Source: the human T2T-CHM13v2.0 reference genome, Homo sapiens. From it: 64,000 bases of DNA. Positions 29,889-41,943 of the stretch are shown here, piece after piece. Below the pieces are notes generated by a model. That model worked only from the letters and a program-made list of their open reading frames with translations. It was not told the origin of the DNA and made no database searches. The stretch lies in assembly GCF_009914755.1 (NCBI RefSeq), contig NC_060945.1. One strand, given 5' to 3'. A program made the translations under genes and the position numbers. Numbering within the stretch: position 1 is the first letter of the stretch; the number at the start of each line of letters is the position of its first letter.

Positions 29889-32211
29889 ACCTTGGTTTCT
29901 AGTTTAATATTTTCTCCTCTCCCCTCCGCCCCACACTATGCTGGGTTGAAGCATAAAGGAAATAAAAGATTGCCTTCATGGAAATGGGTCTTATTTCTTT
30001 ATTTAAAAATTATATTTTATTGGAGATATTTGATAGTTAAGAACTGTAATCTCAGTCTTTTTTTGTGATGACATTGCAATTCCTTTGTAGAACAGTTTAG
30101 AAAAACATTGAAATTTTTCCTAGGCGAATTGCTGATAGAACCACATCCCTTTCCAGCTCTTGTCCTTCCTCTGATGAAAATGAAAAGAGGTTATTCTTTG
30201 CGATATTGGAGCCACAAAACAACCAGATAAACTCACAAATAAAATCCATCTTAAGAATAAACCAGGAGTCCACAAGTGCAGTATTTCAACTATAACATAG
30301 CATGAAGAAAGGGCAGGCTGAAAGAAAAAAAGCCCGTGGGGACGAGTTTTCTTTACATGTCCTACAATAGTTTTTCTTTCATAAAAGTAATGAAAGAAAA
30401 GGTGGGGTGGAGTGGCAGTGAGGAGAAGAATGGGTGAGAAGATAAGACACGCATGCCTTGTGCTGAAGAAAAGACTATTTGTACCTAGTACATTGTAGAA
30501 ATTGTTCAAGAACAGCTCAGCCATGTAAAAATATGACCCTGTAATACTGCCAAGGTCAATCAGACCCATAGTGATTGACTTAGAAAGAGCTGGCCTTACA
30601 GGATACCATTGCACAAAGCCTACGAGAGTTTATACGCCTAATTGCTAGCATTTGGAAGGTATTTTTGAATCTTGAGAATTTAATTGTACAAAACTACAGT
30701 ATAAAACTCATACTTTAGTTTTTTTCTTGGTGGATAAGACTTAAAAGAGATACCATAAAAATGTAAAGTAGATACACAGTCACTCTTTCACGTTATGATA
30801 TTTTCATTATTTTATTAGCATTTATTCCTGATATTTTTGTTTTAATATTTCTTTGGCGTGGCTTTATTTTCCAAATAGAATTTAAGCTGCATAAGAACAG
30901 ATATCATGCTTTTTAGTCACCGTTTTTTGAATAAACTAAATTTTGACTCATAAATAATAATTTGTAGAGAGTTGCCTATTAAATGTCAAATTTATATACC
31001 TCAAATATGAACAATTACGATGTTCATGAGTAAGAGTAAAGTGTATGCTGAGAGTATGTTTATTTTTATCTTATTCATACAAAAGAATAAAGTAATTCTT
31101 TTTAAAAGAAGGGGCCCTTTATATATTTTGTATTATACGTTGAAAAAATACATGTATGTAAAAATTTGCAAGTCCAAAAAAGTACCGAGTTGTAATCAAT
31201 TTTTCCTTCCAGGGAATCAGGTTTTGGAGGTTTTACATTTTTTTTAGACTTCTGTATTATTTGATTTTTTTTACAAGGAACAAGCATTACTTGTTTAACT
31301 TAGAAAAAACTAAAATCATTAACAAAATCTTGTAACATAGTGGCTTTAGAGACAACTATTGAACCAAGTTTGAAGATGTATTTGTAATAAATGGTGATTT
31401 GATTTTCCTTCTCTCACTCTTTATATGTTTTTTGTTACCAGAGTAATGGGACTTCTCCCCGATTTCAGCTCCTATCCCCAACTCATTCCAACAATATATT
31501 TTGCAACCATCTCTTTACCCATGACCATATACCCTATTAAGATTTTTCTACCCGGTACTATTTCTAGGCTGAGCCAACTTTTAGGTTGTAGAAAATAGTA
31601 AAGGGAAAAGGAATAAGGACGGGATAGGATTTAAAAGAACAAAGATATTTGAGGGGAGGACAGGCGAGGGAGAAAGTGACAGAGCCCTAAAATGATCTCT
31701 TTTGCAGTCTACCCTCCCCCGAAATCAGTGCACTTAAATGTCTTTTTTTTATGGTGATTTGGGCAATATTTACTAGAGCCAGAAATACCAGAGTATCAAG
31801 TATTCCTGTCTGAGCTGGCATTTTGCCTACTAGTCCATGAATTCTCCCACTGGGTACATCCTGAAGCCTTCTTGGAGATTGCAGGTCATAAATGTGCATG
31901 ATTAATTGCCTATGTTGAAACAAACAAACAAAAAAGTTACCAGAACATTCAGACTAGAAGGTGAAGCAAGATCCTGTTGGGCGACAGAAGAAATCTGTTT
32001 GGGAGCCTGACAGTGATGGCTGAAGGAAGAAGATTGAGCTGACTGGAGCTGACTAATACACATTTCTAGTAGGTGGAATAACAAAAGGGATACGACTAGA
32101 AAATAGGGGTTTGTTACAAATTGTGAAAGACACCTAATAAATTACAAGGGACACAGGCTATGGGGCAGTGACTTAGATAAAACTAGAAGAGCAAAATGTA
32201 AAGCAATTTTT

Positions 32212-32545
<334 letters not shown>

Positions 32546-33015
32546 AATGTAAAGCAATTTTTAAGACAAGTCCACAACTTTGTTTCTAAGTAAAATTAAC
32601 TAATTGAGATGGGAACATAGGGGCAGTATGCTGTCTTCCTTATGTATAGAGATACCCACAGATGTCTACCACCTATGGGTGAGAACAAATAATTAATCAT
32701 TTTCCAGTTCTGGTTAACAAACTATATTGCCTCCCTTGGAGGTGTACAGTATGTGCATACAAAAACCTGCATTAAATATGTTACAAAAAGTCTGCCCAGA
32801 ATTGGGCAAAAGAGAGCCCCATGGTGTCCTCAATTGAGGCCATATACTTTTGAAGACCTCACAGTTAACAAATGAAATATGGGAGAATATGATTTAAGAT
32901 TTCTTTGAATGCCCAAATAGTAAATGAAATTATATGTTCTATAAAGTGCTCCACAAATCCTGGTACAAAAGCAGTCAGTAACTTTTTTTCATTTTCAGTT
33001 AACCGCTGTGGGACT

Positions 33016-33343
33016 ATCTTGGTGCATGTTGCACTGCTGTAACAGAATATCAGAGACAGTGTAATTTACAAAGCAAATAGTTTTTTCCTCACAGTTCTGG
33101 AGTTTGGAAAGTCCATGATGGAGGGGTTGGAATCTGGTGAGGGAGGAGGGCATCACGTGGGTGAAGGGGAGCAGGAGATTGAACTCACAGCCTGAAGCTT
33201 TCTTATAATTGACATGAATCCATTCATGAGGGTAGAGCCCTCATGACCTAAACACCTGTGATTAGGCCCTGCCTCCCAATAGTGTTGCACTGAGGATTAA
33301 GTTTCCAGCCCGTGCTTTTTAGGGGACACGTCCAAACTATAGC
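33016..33343 (-). mobile_element. MSTB/MSTC-type MaLR solo LTR
   Basis: ctgctgtaacagaatatcagagac...ctcacagttctggag...ccattcatgagggtagagccctcatgacctaaacacc...ccaaactatagca. Confidence 0.8.
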
Positions 33344-34009
33344 AAAGACTTACATGTCTTCGTAACTGGAAGTCTAGTATTTTTTTCTTCAGGTTCCCTG
33401 TCTTTCCCTTACTCATCGATTCCCTACCCTCTGCAGGCTCATCCAGTCCAAAGTAGGCCAATTCTGGCTACCAGAAAGTGGAAGGATATAGAGGCAAAAC
33501 GGTGCTCTGCTGCAGCTGATGCCTCTCAAAGATTAGTCCTACACAGTTGGAACAGTGATGACTGGCCCAGAATGCTGCAGTTATCTCACTTCTTCAGTTC
33601 TAAGGTTGGCCAAAGGCTGTCCATGTTTGAAGTCCTAGCAATTGCTGTTATACACAAACAGTCCATTCTAAACTGCAAGCTACTAGTAAGGGACCGGAGT
33701 AAGGTCCTGGACCCCCGTGGTTTTTCCTCCTCAGTGAGCTACCTAAGGGAGAAGTAACTGATCTTGCTGCCTTTACCCACATCTCTCACATTTACCTTTT
33801 GCTCACCTTTCTCAGGGACGCAATCCTCAGTGATTTAGTCAAGGTGCTATATCCTTTTCAGGAAGGTTCCCAAGTAATTCCATGGTTCCATTGTCTCTAC
33901 CTTTCTAAATCAGGCTACTCTCTGTGACTCCAAAGTGATTTTTCATCCTGGCCTAAGTCATGAACTCCTGGGCATTTTTTTCCCTAAAGAAAAGAAAAAC
34001 ACATCTTCA

Positions 34010-34435
<426 letters not shown>

Positions 34436-34479
34436 TTAGGATGACGGTTCTCTACAAAGTAGAACTTTGTACTCATTTG

Positions 34480-35310
34480 AATGTTTTTGGATGTAAATTA
34501 CAGAAATCCAGCAAAAGCAAAGCAAAGCAAACAAACAAAAAAGTAGCCAAGTGTGGTGGCTCATGCTTGTAATGCCAGAACTTGGAGAGGCCAAGGCAGG
34601 AGAATCACTTGAGCCCAGGAGTTTGCAACCAGCCTTGCCAGCATAGTGAGACCCTGTCTTTAAAAAATTTTAAAAATTAGCTGGGTGTAGTGGTTTGTGC
34701 CTATAGTCCCAACTACTTGGGAGGCTGAGGCAGGAGGATAGCTTCAGCCTGGGTGGTTGAGACTGCAGTGAGCTATGATTGATCACAACACTGCACTCCA
34801 GCCTGGGCAGCAGAGCAAGACCCTATGTTCCAAAAAAAAAAAAAAAAAAAGTGGATTTTTTAGTTCAATTAACTAACCGAGAATTCCAAGTCTAAGCGTT
34901 CTTGTCAGGGCTCACTCTTTCTATGTCTTAGATCCACATGACTTTGTTTCTTTTTAAGAATTGACTGAAGCTTCTCACCAGGTGCATTGGCAGGAAAGGT
35001 TGTCAAAGCTCATACCCTACAGAACATGATCCAAAAGAAAGAGAGAACAGTTTTACTCCCAGTTCCAATATATGGAATTGCATGAGTGCAATTGTCTAAT
35101 TGTCACTGCTAGGGTTGTGCATGTGCTCTGTAAACCATGTGAATTAGAGAAGGGTATTCCACGATTAATCAAGCCACACAATGTTTCCCTATTGGGTAGA
35201 GACAAGTCATGATTGGCACTCTCACCACAACCACGTAGAAAGAGGAGAAATATTCCCCCAGTGGCAAGAGAAAAGCTATATTTAAAACCAGTTTTGGAAG
35301 AGGGCATTGC
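34480..35310 (-). mobile_element. Old MLT1-type LTR interrupted by AluJ
   Basis: ggatgtaaattacagaaatccagcaaaagc resembles an MLT1J/K end; the downstream part is highly degenerate. Confidence 0.4.
34545..34850 (+). mobile_element. AluJ
   Basis: cacttgagcccaggagtttg, ggaggatagcttcagcctggg, gactgcagtgagctatgatt; poly(A). Confidence 0.93.
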
Positions 35311-35604
35311 ATTGGGTCTCCTTTAAACTGCTACTGGCTGAGTTTATGAGGTTCCACTGAGAGACATAGTCCATCCAGTTTGTATGTGGCCTTTATCAGG
35401 CATGCGGGAGAGCACAAAAGACTCACAACAAACCTTTGACCTCATGTCCATAGGTTTGGACTGGGTTTGGAGAGTTCACCTGCAGACTAGCTTGATAAAA
35501 AGTGCTGTCACAGATGTAAATTGGAATGTCAGGAATAGCTTTATTGACTTTTGTGCCAGAGCATAGGATCTGAAAAGTCATTTGTTCTGCAATCTTTTAG
35601 AAAG

Positions 35605-35820
35605 ACAGAGGCCATGCAATATGATCTTCTTCTACTGTGATATTACTGGAAAAAGGACTGGACATTTGTGCTGGCTCCATTTTCTGCTGATATATAGTTG
35701 TGACCCAGGACAATTTATTTAACCTCTTTGGAACTTGGTTTTCTAATGTATTAAGGGAGGTGGTTATGCCAGTTGATCTCCAACATCTTTGATCATTCAG
35801 CCCTGAATTTCTAAGGTTTT
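35605..35820 (+). mobile_element. MIR SINE
   Basis: ttgtgacccaggacaatttatttaacctctttggaacttggttttct. Confidence 0.6.
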
Positions 35821-36089
35821 ATTTTTTTCATTGGTTTTCATCTGACACATAGGCTGGAAAAGATGAGACTATGGTAAGAGGCAGGTAAAAGTCATTGTAC
35901 TAGACAACTTGAAAAGGATATCTAAAAGATAATAAAAAGACAACTGGTTATTTTTATTTGTTTTAATTTCCCTAAAAAAGATATCAACTCCAATTACCAA
36001 TCTTTGTTTTTAAATTTTAAAAATCACTTATTTTAAGGAATATTTAAGAAGGAACTTGTAGTGTCCAGTGAAGCAACTTCAAAAAGAAA

Positions 36090-36510
36090 TTAGAAAAAGA
36101 GACTTGAGATAACTAGCAAAAGCAATGAGTAGATCTTGTTTTGACCCTAGCTTGAACAAAACAATTATAAAATACATGTTCTGTACAAGGGAGAACTTAA
36201 ATATGACTTGCCTATGATATGGTACTAAGGAATTATGATTTTCTTAGATGTGACAACAATAATATTGCTATTATGGCAAATTGTGGGAAATAGTTATTAC
36301 TTTACAGTGATGCATACTTAAATATTTAGGGTTATATGTCATGATATCTGTGATTCACTTTCAAATACTTGAGCAAAATAAAATATATATAAATCGAATG
36401 CGGCAAAATGTCAGCAAAAAAAAAACCTAGGTGAAAGTTCAATGGTTATTTCGTATACTATTCTCACCGTGTTTCTGTAAGCTTGAAAGTTTCCAAAAAA
36501 ATTAAAGAAA
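36090..36510 (+). mobile_element. Ancient L1M (L1MC/L1ME) 3'UTR
   Basis: aaagagacttgaga...taaggaattatgattttcttagatgtgac...atgcatacttaaatatttaggg...ggcaaaatg...ctaggtgaa. Confidence 0.7.
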
Positions 36511-36819
36511 ACTGATTGTCCTTTAAAGTTTCAAGCTGTGCTTACCTTACATATTTATTTCAAATACAGTTCTAGTTTTTAGTTTTCCCAGGTGAAACTG
36601 GACTTAAGTGTCTTTAAGACAGTTAAAATATGATACCTGGATTTTCAACTTCAGGATGTGAGTTATAAGGTAGTAAAGGGACAGCCTATTTCCTATGCAA
36701 AAATGACCTTAAATAGAATCTTTAATATTCAGTATGTCCCTCCCTGCCCTCAACCACGCACACACATAGAACCTTGACTCTTTATAGCTTTTGCTAATTG
36801 TGTTAATGAGCCCAGATGA

Positions 36820-37020
36820 GGCTGAATAATGTAGTGGTTAGAAATTCTAGCTCTGAAACCGGTTACCTGGGTTGGGATCCTTATGTTAACACCTTATGTT
36901 TCAGTTTTCCCAGCTGTAAAATGGGGGAAAATGTTATCACCCATATGATGGGGGCCTTTTGAGGATTAGACATATTATGCACTTAGCACAGTTTCTGGCA
37001 CTTCGTAATTGTTAATTATT
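36820..37020 (+). mobile_element. MIR SINE
   Basis: tgtagtggttagaaattctagctctgaa...cctgggtt...tcagttttcccagctgtaaaatgggg...gcacttagcacag. Confidence 0.75.
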
Positions 37021-39242
37021 ATTTATACATTTTGCTGTGGGGAATCCAGATAAGGTTTGAGTTGACGTCAATGTTCAGGGACAGAAATACTTTTGCTTTT
37101 CAGGTGATAAAATTGGTTCAAGAGATGCATTCTGCCCTAGTGACTAGTGCTGAGACAGAGATTTTTAAAAACTGGAAGGGCAGCATGGCACTGTGGAGTC
37201 TCTTTGATTGTAGTAATTTCCCTTACCAAGTGACTTAGTCAAAGTCTTCTCAGAATGCTAGAAAACTAACATCTGAGAAAATAAATTTCTCAAGACTCTC
37301 TAAAAATAACATCTCCCCAACAACTACAGGCTGGAATTATATTTGATAGATGCTTCATTGTACTTGGCAGGCATACTAAAGTGATGTTGTGGTGGTTATT
37401 ACAAAATTTGCTGCAATCATTTATAACCAAGTAAGACTCCTTCATTAGGTTACGTGTCTATTATAAGTGCTTATTGAAAACCCAGGATTTGGTTTCTTTG
37501 TAACATGTAAGTTTCCCGTTTATCTATGACCTTTTACATTTAAGTATTGCCCAAGCACATGAAAAAAAGGAATTTGTTTCAATGGAGATACACAAATATC
37601 CTTATTCTTCCTGGACCTTATTATGAAAATTCAATGCTACTCAAGTTTCTCTAATAAAACTTTAGAGAAACTGCCAAAGACTTGGGTTTTATTTTGTTGT
37701 CAGTCTTTATTTAATAATGGCATCTGTATTTTACCCAAAGTAAATCTTTTCCTTCTTAGAAAGGTAAGCAGCGGATGACTTCTCTATTGAAGACTCCTCT
37801 TTGGGGCCCTGGTAGCCATTTGCCAGGCCAAATATGATTCTTCACACATCAAAAGAGCCATTTAAAATAATTTATGTAAATGAAATTGTTGCATTGCTAG
37901 AATCTGAGTAAAGAAATCCTTTGGTGCCTTGGAGCAACTGCAAGAAGCTAACATCAAAATCAGTCCTTCAAATTCTTTTTTCAAGGAGAAACCAGGTAAA
38001 AGAGACTATATGATTTAGACTTGTGTGTGTTATTCCTCTGAATTCAATTTAAATTGGGGAAATCTGGCCTTCGTGGGGAGCTGTTGGTATCCTGTTGGAA
38101 ATGAGGTCATCTCTGTTCTGATCTTCCACTCTCTGCAAAAGAATCTACTGTAGTGGGGCACAAAATAGAAGCTGTTCAGGAAGGCTGAGTGAGGGAAGAA
38201 GTGGACTCTAGGCTCCCTTTCATCCCAGAAAGTCAGTATCTGTTTGGGGTACAAGTGACAGGCCTTCAAATATGTGTCACATAGCCTTGCTAAGGACGAA
38301 ATAAAGGTCTCAGTTCCATCTCCAAAATTGTCAACTTGGACTTTTTAAAAATATAAACAGCACTAGATTAAGTGAATATATGCACTGGAGCTTCTTGGTA
38401 AGTGAAAATTATTTTGAAAATATGATTAGTAATTTTTTTATTTTATTATTTATTATTTTATTTGCCATTTTCAAATATCACTATCACTCTTTCCTAACCA
38501 TTTTTAAGTTTTTAACCTTCTGCCCAAGTTTTAACATTAAGAACACCCAAGTCACAAAAGTGTCTCTCCAGCACTGTGCTGACTAGGTGGACACTGATTT
38601 ACCCACTTCTCAAATTTTTGGGTATTTACAGCTGCTTGTAATATCATCATTTTGAACCATCGCTCCATACAATATCTACATACTTACAAACAAACAGAAA
38701 GAAACAATACCTCTAAGCTTACATACTACAAAAAAAACAGTATTATTAGCAGATTATAAATTTTTGCTCTTTTCTTAACTTCCTTAGGCTCATTTGTTCT
38801 TATTGAATGTTTTACTAATTGTCGACCCTCTCCCCCAACTCTGGCCCCAGCTGGCTACTGAACAAATTTGCAAACCTGATGAAAATATGAAACAGCCTTA
38901 GTTCCAAGTTAGCCCTTAAGTGCAGCTATCTGTCCCTGTAAGGTCACGTTCTCTCAAGCATTTGGTGAGCAGTGTAAGTGCCCTACAAGGAGTGCGACTG
39001 CTTGCTACACTCTCCAGTGGTGAAGCAGGCAAATTTGGACACAGCAGCTGTCTGCTCCTGAAGACAGCTGGAAATAACCATGTGTGATAGGATCAGCTAT
39101 GTGAGGCAGGGTAGCACTGTTGTCTGTAAACAGCATGCTATCTCTGAGACTCCAAGACAGTGACACAAGCAGCACCAGGCTCAACCTGCCCTCAGAATAG
39201 CAGGGGAGGCGCTTTACATCCAGCCTTGCATAAGTTGAATCC

Positions 39243-39362
39243 GAATCACAGGATTTTAGGACTGAAAAGTGCCTTGGAGACCATGTCACAGCCCTCTATT
39301 TTCACAGATTAGAAAGGAAACAAAAACAAGAATCTGAGACCGCAGAGGTATAGTGACTTGTG
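39243..39362 (-). mobile_element. MIR SINE
   Basis: gaatcacaggattttaggactgaaaag...ttttcacagat...agtgacttg. Confidence 0.6.
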
Positions 39363-40404
39363 ATATTTGTAATTGTCATTTTGCATACATGCATAGACCC
39401 ATCAGGGATCCAAGCAGATGCATGTGTCATTCTGTCGTGCTTAAGCTGGTTCATTTGTTTCCTTTCAAATGGTTAATTATGCACATCAACAAAATTTCAT
39501 AAGATTTAGCCTTAGATATAAGAGTAAATATTTTGTTCTGCCCTCAATTCAAATATGCCCTCAGGAGAGCGACATCAACAGTCATGTGGTTACTGTATGG
39601 CAGGCTTTGTCTGGAACCAAGCACTGAAACTACAAAGACAAATGTCAGGATGACTTAGAGGCATTCACAGACTAGTCTGGGAAACAGATATATGAACAAA
39701 TAATTAAGAGATATTACACAAGTGTCATATGGGAGATTTATGTAAAGTGAAATATTAGCCTATGAAAAAGTCACCACCTAGGAAATAGGGAGAAAATTGA
39801 GTAAGGCCACAGCAGAAAACCACTGATTTAAGTCTTCTCTATAGTAACACTTGAATCCTGGAGAAGGGCGTGAGAAAGATGAAGGAGTCAGTGCAGAGGG
39901 AAAATTTCAGGCAAGAAGGAAGAGGGTTTTATTTATTGTAAATTGACTTTGAAGAGCCACCATTTTTTTTCTCTGTCTGATTCTTCTACTATCTGCTGTA
40001 GCTAAAATTTGCATAAAGAAACTGTGCGATAAGGGTCTCTTTTGAAGCCGTGTGCATGGACTTCATGATTGCATTTTTCCTTCATTCTTACAGACTCTTA
40101 TATTCTGGTTTGTACTTTTGTTTGGCTTGATTGAGATTGTCAGAAATATGATTCTAAGACAGATAAGAGGCATTCTAGATTATAAGTGACCAAATGAGGA
40201 ATAGCTGGTGGTAATTCTTAAACCAGGAGGGACGTTGGGAGATTGGAAAGTCATAACAACAATCCAGGGAAGAAAAGCTTTCACTATGACCTCAGATTGA
40301 AAGTCAACAAAGAAACAAGACACTCACGAAAAATACAGCAGGAAGAAATAAAGGATGCAGTTTCAAAGTGCAAGTTTATTAGGAGTCAAAGACAATAAGT
40401 TGTC

Positions 40405-41080
40405 ATCATTTGCCTACAAATTGACTGGGCTTTAAAAAATAAGAGGGTAAAGGAAAATAGGCACTTCTGTTCATTGCTGATGGGAGTAAAACTTGGTAGT
40501 TTTAAAATTACCATCCTGGAAGGTAATTTTTCTCCCTCACTCTCTAAATATAAGTATGTACATATTACATATATGAAGATATTATATAATATATGTAAAT
40601 AATACATGTTATAAATATATATATATTTTACCGTATTCCATTTAAATTTTATACATCCACAGATCCTCATCCCAAGAAGGTAATATGTATGTGCCTAGGT
40701 TATGATACAAAGGTGTTCATGGCAGAGATGCTTATTAAACAGAAAAAAAAGAAAGAAACCTGAATATTTGATAATAGAATACACATCACATGTATTATAT
40801 GTCCATAAAATGGAATACTATATAGCTATTAAAAATACTGTTCTTTTAAAATTCACAAAGATTAAAATAGTAGACATAAAGTACTTAGAACAGTGCCTGG
40901 TACCTAATAAGTGCTCAATCAGTGTTAACTTTATTATTATTATTAGCATATTTTAAAACATGGGGAGATATTTCCATATGTAAAGTAAAAAAAGTTACAA
41001 AATAGTATATAAATTATGATACCAATTATGTGTGTATGTCTATATATATATATGCATGTGAACTTAGGAAAAAGATGGAG
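40405..41080 (+). mobile_element. L1ME-type fragment containing a (TA)-rich repeat and a MIR 3' piece (about 40855-40945)
   Basis: ggcacttctgttcattgctgatgggagtaaaa...atggaatactatatagctattaaaaa; agaacagtgcctggtacctaataagtgctcaat. Confidence 0.6.
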
Positions 41081-41082
41081 GG

Positions 41083-41504
41083 CATATTAGTTTGCTAGGG
41101 CTGCCATAACAGTACCCTAGTCTCGGTGGCTTAAATAACATAAATTTATTATTTCAAAATTCTGGAAGCTAAGAGTCCAAAATCAAGATGTAGCAGGCTG
41201 GATTCCTCTGAGGACTGTGAGCAACGATCCCGTTCCAGGCCTCTCTCCTTGCTTGCAGACGGCTATCTTCTCCCTACATCTTCTCATTTTCTTCCCTCTC
41301 TGGGTATCTATGTCCAAATTCCTCCCCCTCGCTTTTTTTTAATAAGGATTTCAGCCATACTGGATTAGGGCCAACTGTAAAAACTTCACTTTAACTTGAC
41401 TATCTCTGTAAAGACCCTATCTCCAAATAAGGTCACATTCTGAGGTATGGGGGATTAGGACGTCAATATTTGAATTTTGGGAGAGATACAATTAAATCCA
41501 TAAG
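41083..41504 (-). mobile_element. MLT1B/C-type MaLR solo LTR
   Basis: tattagtttgctagggctgccataaca...aagaccctatctccaaataaggtcacattctgaggta. Confidence 0.85.
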
Positions 41505-41626
41505 AGACAGTATGTATATCAGTAATTTTTGAGTTATGGATGGCATTTATTTTATTCTTTTTCCTTATCTGTTATTTTTTTGCAATGGACTCTTGGAACT
41601 AATACAATTTTAAAAAGTTATTTTTT

Positions 41627-41943
<317 letters not shown>

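Noticed and set aside
39805-39817. ggccacagcagaa resembling the start of the CPEB3 HDV-like ribozyme
   Set aside because: Match stops after 13 nt, the rest of the fold is absent, and it lies in probable L2 remnant sequence
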